A stretch of DNA of 64,000 bases from Nitrospirota bacterium (lineage in GTDB: Bacteria > Nitrospirota > UBA9217), in the NCBI GenBank assembly GCA_963740085.1, contig CAVUCU010000001.1, positions 96,001 through 160,000 on the forward strand, given 5' to 3'. Positions 59,310 through 64,000 of this stretch are shown one piece after another. The stretch's first letter is position 1, and each line of letters begins with the position of its first letter. Both the position numbers and the translations under genes were made by a program. The notes under the pieces were generated by a model that had not been told where the DNA came from, ran no database searches, and saw only the letters and a list, made by a program, of their open reading frames with translations.

Positions 59310-61121
59310 CTACTCTCCCACCTTCAAAACCGCCAGGAACGCCTCCTGCGGGAGTTCGACACTGCCGACCTGCTTCATCCTTTTTTTGCCTTCCTTCTGT
59401 TTTTCCAGAAGCTTGCGTTTTCGCGTGATATCTCCGCCGTAGCACTTCGCGGTCACGTCCTTGCGCAACGCCCTGACCGTCTCCCGGGAGATGATCTTTG
59501 AGCCGATCGCAGCCTGGATGATCACCTCATACAACTGCCGCGGGATCACTTCCTTGAGCTTCTCCGCAAGCTGTCTGCCGCGGATCGCGGCCTTGTCCCG
59601 GTGCGTGATGAGCGACAAGGCATCCACGGGTTCCCCGTTCATCAGTACGTCGAGCTTCACGAGATCGGACTCAACATAGCCCGACAGTTCATAATCAAGC
59701 GAGGCGTATCCCTTGGTCAGTGATTTAAGCCGGTCATAGAAGTCCATCACGATCTCGTTCAGAGGAAGATCGTAGGTGATCCGCACGCGGTCCTTGGTGA
59801 TATACTCGATCTCCCGCTGGTTGCCGCGCCGCTCCTGACACAACGCGATAAGCGATCCCACATACTGCTCCGGCGTGATGAGCGAGGCCACGATCATCGG
59901 CTCCTCGATGCGCTGGATATCCTGGATGTCAGGCATCTTGGCGGGATTGTCCACCATCATGATGTCGCCGCTGTTCCTGGTCACCCGGTAAACGACCGTC
60001 GGCGCTGTCGGGATCAGATCGAGTTTGAACTCCCGCTCGAGCCGTTCCTTTACGATATCCATATGCAGCAGGCCGAGAAAGCCGCACCGGAAGCCGAAGC
60101 CCAGCGCGAGCGACGTTTCCGGTTCATAGGTGAACGACGAATCGTTCAACCTCAGTTTCTCGAGGGCGTCGCGCAGATCGGCGTAGCTGTCGCTGTCCAC
60201 CGGGTAGATGCCGGCGAAGACCATGGGTTTTACGTCTTTGTACCCCGGGAGCGGCGAGTCAGCCGGACGATCGGCGTCCATGACCGTATCGCCGATCTTG
60301 GCATCCGCAACCCGCTTGATGCCGGCGATGATACAGCCCACCTCACCCGGGGACAATTCCGTTGTCAGCTGCATCTTCGGCGTGAAAACCCCGACGGACT
60401 GCACTTCGTAGACCGCGGAATTCGAGAACAGCCTGATCTTCTGCTTCGGACGCACAATGCCGTCCACTACCCGTACCAGAATGACCACCCCCTGGTACGT
60501 GTCATACCAGGAGTCGAATAACAGCGCTTTGAGCGGCGCATCAGGGTCTCCGGGAGGAGACGGAATATTTTTGACGATCGACTCGAGGATCTCGTGGATG
60601 CCGATCCCCGCCTTGGCGCTCGCAGAAATAGCACCTGACGCGTCCAGTCCTATGACCTCTTCGATCTGGTGCTTCGCCTCTTCTATGTTTGCGCTCGGCA
60701 GATCTATTTTATTGATCACCGGGATCATCTCGAGGTTATGATCGAGCGCAAGATATGCGTTGGCAAGTGTCTGCGCCTCTACTCCCTGCGAGGCGTCCAC
60801 CACGAGGAGCGCGCCTTCACATGCCGCCATGCTGCGCGATACCTCGTAGGTAAAATCGACATGCCCCGGCGTATCGATCAGGTTCAGGATATAGTCCCGG
60901 CCGTCGGACGCCTTATACGTGAGACGCACGGCATGGGCCTTGATGGTGATGCCGCGTTCGCGTTCAAGGTCCATATCGTCCAGAACCTGGTTGCTTCCCG
61001 CGGCCGACATCTCCCGGTCCGAAAGCGCTCCCGTAAACTCAAGGATCCTGTCGGCAAGCGTTGACTTGCCGTGGTCAATATGCGCAATGATGCAGAAATT
61101 CCTGATATTTGTGCTGGCCAT
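59310..61121 (-). CDS. lepA: Elongation factor 4
   Basis: [42 protein letters not shown]. Confidence 0.98.
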   Translation of the reverse strand: MASTNIRNFCIIAHIDHGKSTLADRILEFTGALSDREMSAAGSNQVLDDMDLERERGITIKAHAVRLTYKASDGRDYILNLIDTPGHVDFTYEVSRSMAACEGALLVVDASQGVEAQTLANAYLALDHNLEMIPVINKIDLPSANIEEAKHQIEEVIGLDASGAISASAKAGIGIHEILESIVKNIPSPPGDPDAPLKALLFDSWYDTYQGVVILVRVVDGIVRPKQKIRLFSNSAVYEVQSVGVFTPKMQLTTELSPGEVGCIIAGIKRVADAKIGDTVMDADRPADSPLPGYKDVKPMVFAGIYPVDSDSYADLRDALEKLRLNDSSFTYEPETSLALGFGFRCGFLGLLHMDIVKERLEREFKLDLIPTAPTVVYRVTRNSGDIMMVDNPAKMPDIQDIQRIEEPMIVASLITPEQYVGSLIALCQERRGNQREIEYITKDRVRITYDLPLNEIVMDFYDRLKSLTKGYASLDYELSGYVESDLVKLDVLMNGEPVDALSLITHRDKAAIRGRQLAEKLKEVIPRQLYEVIIQAAIGSKIISRETVRALRKDVTAKCYGGDITRKRKLLEKQKEGKKRMKQVGSVELPQEAFLAVLKVGE

Positions 61122-61150
61122 TATCTATTTCAAATTCCAATTCTCAGATG

Positions 61151-61325
61151 ACAAATCCGGACAAACCGGAACCAAATTCTTGGAACCGCGATGGCCTATG
61201 AAAGAAAAGCGGCCACTTAGAGATTCCGCAAAGAGCGCCAGGAAAACCTTCGTTCTTAGTTTTAACCAATCAAAATCTTTCGCCTTCTTCGCGACCTTTG
61301 CGCCTTAGCGGTAAAGATTTTGTCC
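61151..61325. repeat. Modular MITE-like element, diverged copy 3
   Basis: ACAAATCCGGACAAACCGGAAC (18/22 match to copies 1 and 2); inner CGCAAAG/CTTTGCG arms. Confidence 0.6.
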
Positions 61326-61353
61326 TTGCGGGCTTGTTCAGGAGTCTGTCTCC

Positions 61354-62301
61354 CTACGCTTGCCGTATCTTCCGCAGCGCCCCGGCCGCCGCGCCGATAG
61401 TTCCAGCGTCATCGCCGAGCAGCGAGGGAACGATCTCTGTCCGCTCCGCGGGAACCTGAAAGGCCCGCTTCATGATCTCCTCGTGAGTAGAACCGATGAA
61501 GAGGTCCCAGGCCTCCTTGACACCGCCGCCGATCACGATCATGTTGGGGTTAAAGATATTGATCAGATTCGCAATGCCAATGCCGAGCAGAGATCCCATA
61601 TCCTTCATTATCTGCCGGGCGACAGGATCTCCGTTCCGCGCCGCCTGATAGATCTGCACGGACGTTAACTCTGAAAGCTGGGTTATTTCCATCATGCCCT
61701 TGGCTTCCCGGTAGCTTTGTACGATACCGCGCGCCGAAGCGTACATTTCAAGACAACCGGTGTTGCCGCATCCACACTGCCGCCCCTCGGGGATCAGCGT
61801 CATGTGGCCTATCTCCCCTGCCATTCCGTCAGCGCCCTGCCAGATCTTATTATCGAGCACGATCCCGCCACCCACGCCGGTCCCGAGCGTCAACAGGATC
61901 ATACTGTTAATGCCGCGTCCCGCACCGCGCCACTGCTCTCCCAGTGCCGCCGCATTGGCGTCGTTCTCGATAACAACCGGAATACGGAGCGCCTTCTCCA
62001 ATTCATCCCTGAGGGGGAGGTTGTTCCAGTCAGGGAAGTTGGGAGACTTCACGACAACGCCCTTGTCCATCCGGATAACGCCGGGCGCGCCGACGCCGAC
62101 CGCCATGACCTGCAGTCCACGCCGCATGGCGGTCTCCCGCAGCTGCGCGATATTGTCAACCAGGCGGGCGACGACCTTTTTCCAGCCATCCGAGGCGTTC
62201 GTGGCCTCTTTGCGCTTGTCGAGAATGTCTCCGTCAACGCTGAGAAGCGCCGTTCTCAGGTTTGTACCGCCGAGGTCTACGCCAATTACCACCTGGCCCA
62301 C
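61354..62301 (-). CDS. ROK-family sugar kinase (glucokinase-like)
   Basis: DLGGT, ENDANAA, GTGVGGG, GEIGH, CGCGNTGCLE. Confidence 0.92.
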   Translation of the reverse strand: MGQVVIGVDLGGTNLRTALLSVDGDILDKRKEATNASDGWKKVVARLVDNIAQLRETAMRRGLQVMAVGVGAPGVIRMDKGVVVKSPNFPDWNNLPLRDELEKALRIPVVIENDANAAALGEQWRGAGRGINSMILLTLGTGVGGGIVLDNKIWQGADGMAGEIGHMTLIPEGRQCGCGNTGCLEMYASARGIVQSYREAKGMMEITQLSELTSVQIYQAARNGDPVARQIMKDMGSLLGIGIANLINIFNPNMIVIGGGVKEAWDLFIGSTHEEIMKRAFQVPAERTEIVPSLLGDDAGTIGAAAGALRKIRQA

Positions 62302-62421
62302 AACCGCCCTCCATAACTACGTAAAATTATAGGATATTCGGAAAGGTTTGCATGTTAACATACTGTAGTAAGAATGTAAATAGGATTGTTGCCGGCTGGG
62401 TGACAGCAGAAAAAGGAATTA

Positions 62422-62829
62422 TCAGAGCAGGACAACGAGGTACGCCCATTGCACAAGCAGAAGCATGACCACTCCCGCTCTCACGATATTTTTTTCTTTA
62501 TCAGTGAGACGGAAACTGATCCGGGGAAGATAAAATACAGCGCTCATGAGACCGTAGAATAAATACAGGAGCGCCGAAATCAGGCACAGCGTCATGAGGG
62601 GATTCATGGCAAACGCGGACAGGACATCACCGTGGGACAAGTGCACCAACGCCCGTGTAGAGCCGCAGGTAAGACACGGGATACCGGTCAGTCCCTTGAA
62701 CGCGCAGTCCGGTGCGAACAAGAGGACCGGCTGCAGGCGTCCCACGACAAGCATCACGAGAGCGATTCCTCCGTAGATGATGCCGAATTCTATCTGGTCC
62801 GGGGCCCTCTTTTTCAGGAACAGTTGCAT
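62422..62829 (-). CDS. DUF2752 membrane protein
   Basis: CAFKGLTGIPCLTCGSTRA...NPL. Confidence 0.85.
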   Translation of the reverse strand: MQLFLKKRAPDQIEFGIIYGGIALVMLVVGRLQPVLLFAPDCAFKGLTGIPCLTCGSTRALVHLSHGDVLSAFAMNPLMTLCLISALLYLFYGLMSAVFYLPRISFRLTDKEKNIVRAGVVMLLLVQWAYLVVLL

Positions 62830-62844
62830 ACCGGCGATCTCACA

Positions 62845-63615
62845 TCACTTATACATTTGCATCACGGCTCCGAAGGATGACGCGAGAGCGCCCATGAACA
62901 AGATAGACGCCAGGATCAACATCCCGCAGCAGAACAGGAAGGGAAAGAGAACGGCAACGGTCGCTTTGCCTCCGGTGGTCTCATGCGCATCCCTGAGCCC
63001 GATCATGGCGAGGGCCAGCACCCACAACATCGTGATCGGCATACCGCAGTACGGAATGACCATGATCAGAAAGGGAGATACGCTGTAGCTTACCACCCGA
63101 AAGGTCGCCTCAAAGCCGGCCTTCTCGCCGCGGACTATCATGAGAAAAAGGTGGAGCATTCCGGACACGACGAACAGCCAGATTATGAGCAGGAAGGGCA
63201 TCATGAGCGTCCCGAGCGGTGATCCGATACCGCCGGACATGCCTTCACCGGCCGCGGTCCTCATCTCAGCGGTCATGAAACCGCGCATGGAATCATGGAG
63301 CAAGAGATCCCACACCGAAAGGAACATCAGCCCCACCGTGCCGATGATCATGGCAAAGAGCAGCGGATCGGTCAATCCGCCGGTCACCGGCATTTTTTTA
63401 AAAAAAGCCGAAGGACTGAACAGGACGTCCCTGACGGTCTTGAAGAGACCGTTGAAAAATCCGTTCGTTGCCCGGTCCTCCCAGTGTGTTTTGTATCTTC
63501 CGCCATCAGGCGAAGCGATGCCGGGTCCGTTATCTTCAGCAACAAGCCTCGTCCCGCAATGCTGACAAAAAGTCTGTCCTTCAAATATTTCATTGCCGCA
63601 GTGTTGACAGAACAC
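62845..63615 (-). CDS. Zinc-ribbon plus YIP1-family membrane protein
   Basis: FCQHCG...FCQHCG; VLFSPSAFF; about 5 TM segments; GGGAGG RBS before GTG. Confidence 0.8.
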   Translation of the reverse strand: MFCQHCGNEIFEGQTFCQHCGTRLVAEDNGPGIASPDGGRYKTHWEDRATNGFFNGLFKTVRDVLFSPSAFFKKMPVTGGLTDPLLFAMIIGTVGLMFLSVWDLLLHDSMRGFMTAEMRTAAGEGMSGGIGSPLGTLMMPFLLIIWLFVVSGMLHLFLMIVRGEKAGFEATFRVVSYSVSPFLIMVIPYCGMPITMLWVLALAMIGLRDAHETTGGKATVAVLFPFLFCCGMLILASILFMGALASSFGAVMQMYK

Positions 63616-63680
63616 GCAACCTCCCATTGATGCAGCGGCTTTCGGCCGCAATCGTAGCTACTCAGGTCAAAAAAATTCAA

Positions 63681-63782
63681 TAGCCGCGAAAGAACGCAAG
63701 GTACGCACAAAGAATTATAAAAACTGAAACTCATGAATCCTGGCTTTTTTTCTTTGAGCTCTTTGAGTTCCTTTGCGGCCAG
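63681..63782. repeat. 9-nt-periodic inverted-repeat element in the predicted 5' UTR of the YIP1 gene
   Basis: GCCGCGAAAGAACGCAAGG...CACAAAG opposite CTTTGAGCT CTTTGAGTT CCTTTGCGGC. Confidence 0.7.
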
Positions 63783-63795
63783 CCTTAGTCAAGAA

Positions 63796-63824
63796 ATTTT
63801 ATACTATACAGTAAGGGTTGTCAA
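63796..63824 (-). promoter_or_regulatory. Sigma70-type promoter
   Basis: TTGACA-17-TAAAAT. Confidence 0.6.
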
Positions 63825-63911
63825 TTTTAATCACGTCTTGACGGTTTTTTGAGCGGGCGAGAACAATGTTGAAAGAGATATGCGATCCCCTGATTTATTC
63901 GATCAGATGAA

Positions 63912-64000
63912 TTACCCGCTTCCGCACTCACGTGGATCCCCTTTGAGCTTCTCGATCGCATGCGGAAGCGCGGGAAGGATGACCGCTAGGTTCTCACGCA
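63912..64000 (-). CDS. C-terminal end of a MogA/MoaB molybdopterin biosynthesis protein (partial)
   Basis: Manual translation RENLAVILPALPHAIEKLKGDPRECGSG*. Confidence 0.7.
   Translation of the reverse strand, partial: RENLAVILPALPHAIEKLKGDPRECGSG

Overview
Chromosomal window from an anaerobic or microaerophilic diderm bacterium. Nitrospirota or Desulfobacterota is my inference from gene content and order, not a search result. Almost all genes are on the minus strand. Housekeeping blocks: rplU-rpmA-obgE-proB-(tlpA)-proA-nadD-rsfS-rlmH; lapB-gpmI-comF; ROK kinase-lepA-lepB-DUF4845-yicC-remA-gmk-rpoZ-coaBC; prmA; ppx. Accessory content: a CsgG/DUF799/TPR-SLH/LPP20-like envelope lipoprotein operon; a protoglobin-PsiE/CBS/HPP/ferredoxin/cupin cluster with two matching CRP/FNR-type class II promoters, bracketed by two complementary incomplete histidine kinases; a YbhGFSR-like ABC efflux operon interrupted by an orphan MshEN-PilB-pseudoreceiver ATPase; two tandem 12-heme cytochromes; an RtcB/archease/AmrS cluster; a decayed RAYT (Y1 HUH) transposase; and an AT-rich islet bounded by a ~300-bp gene-end duplication. 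The most striking non-genic signal is about 20 short elements at gene junctions: 7-nt- and 9-nt-periodic arrays or hairpins, and nested REP/MITE-like units, one family having conserved ends around interchangeable inner hairpins. Five genes carry single-base frameshifts that may be assembly errors. I saw no rRNA, tRNA or CRISPR array.
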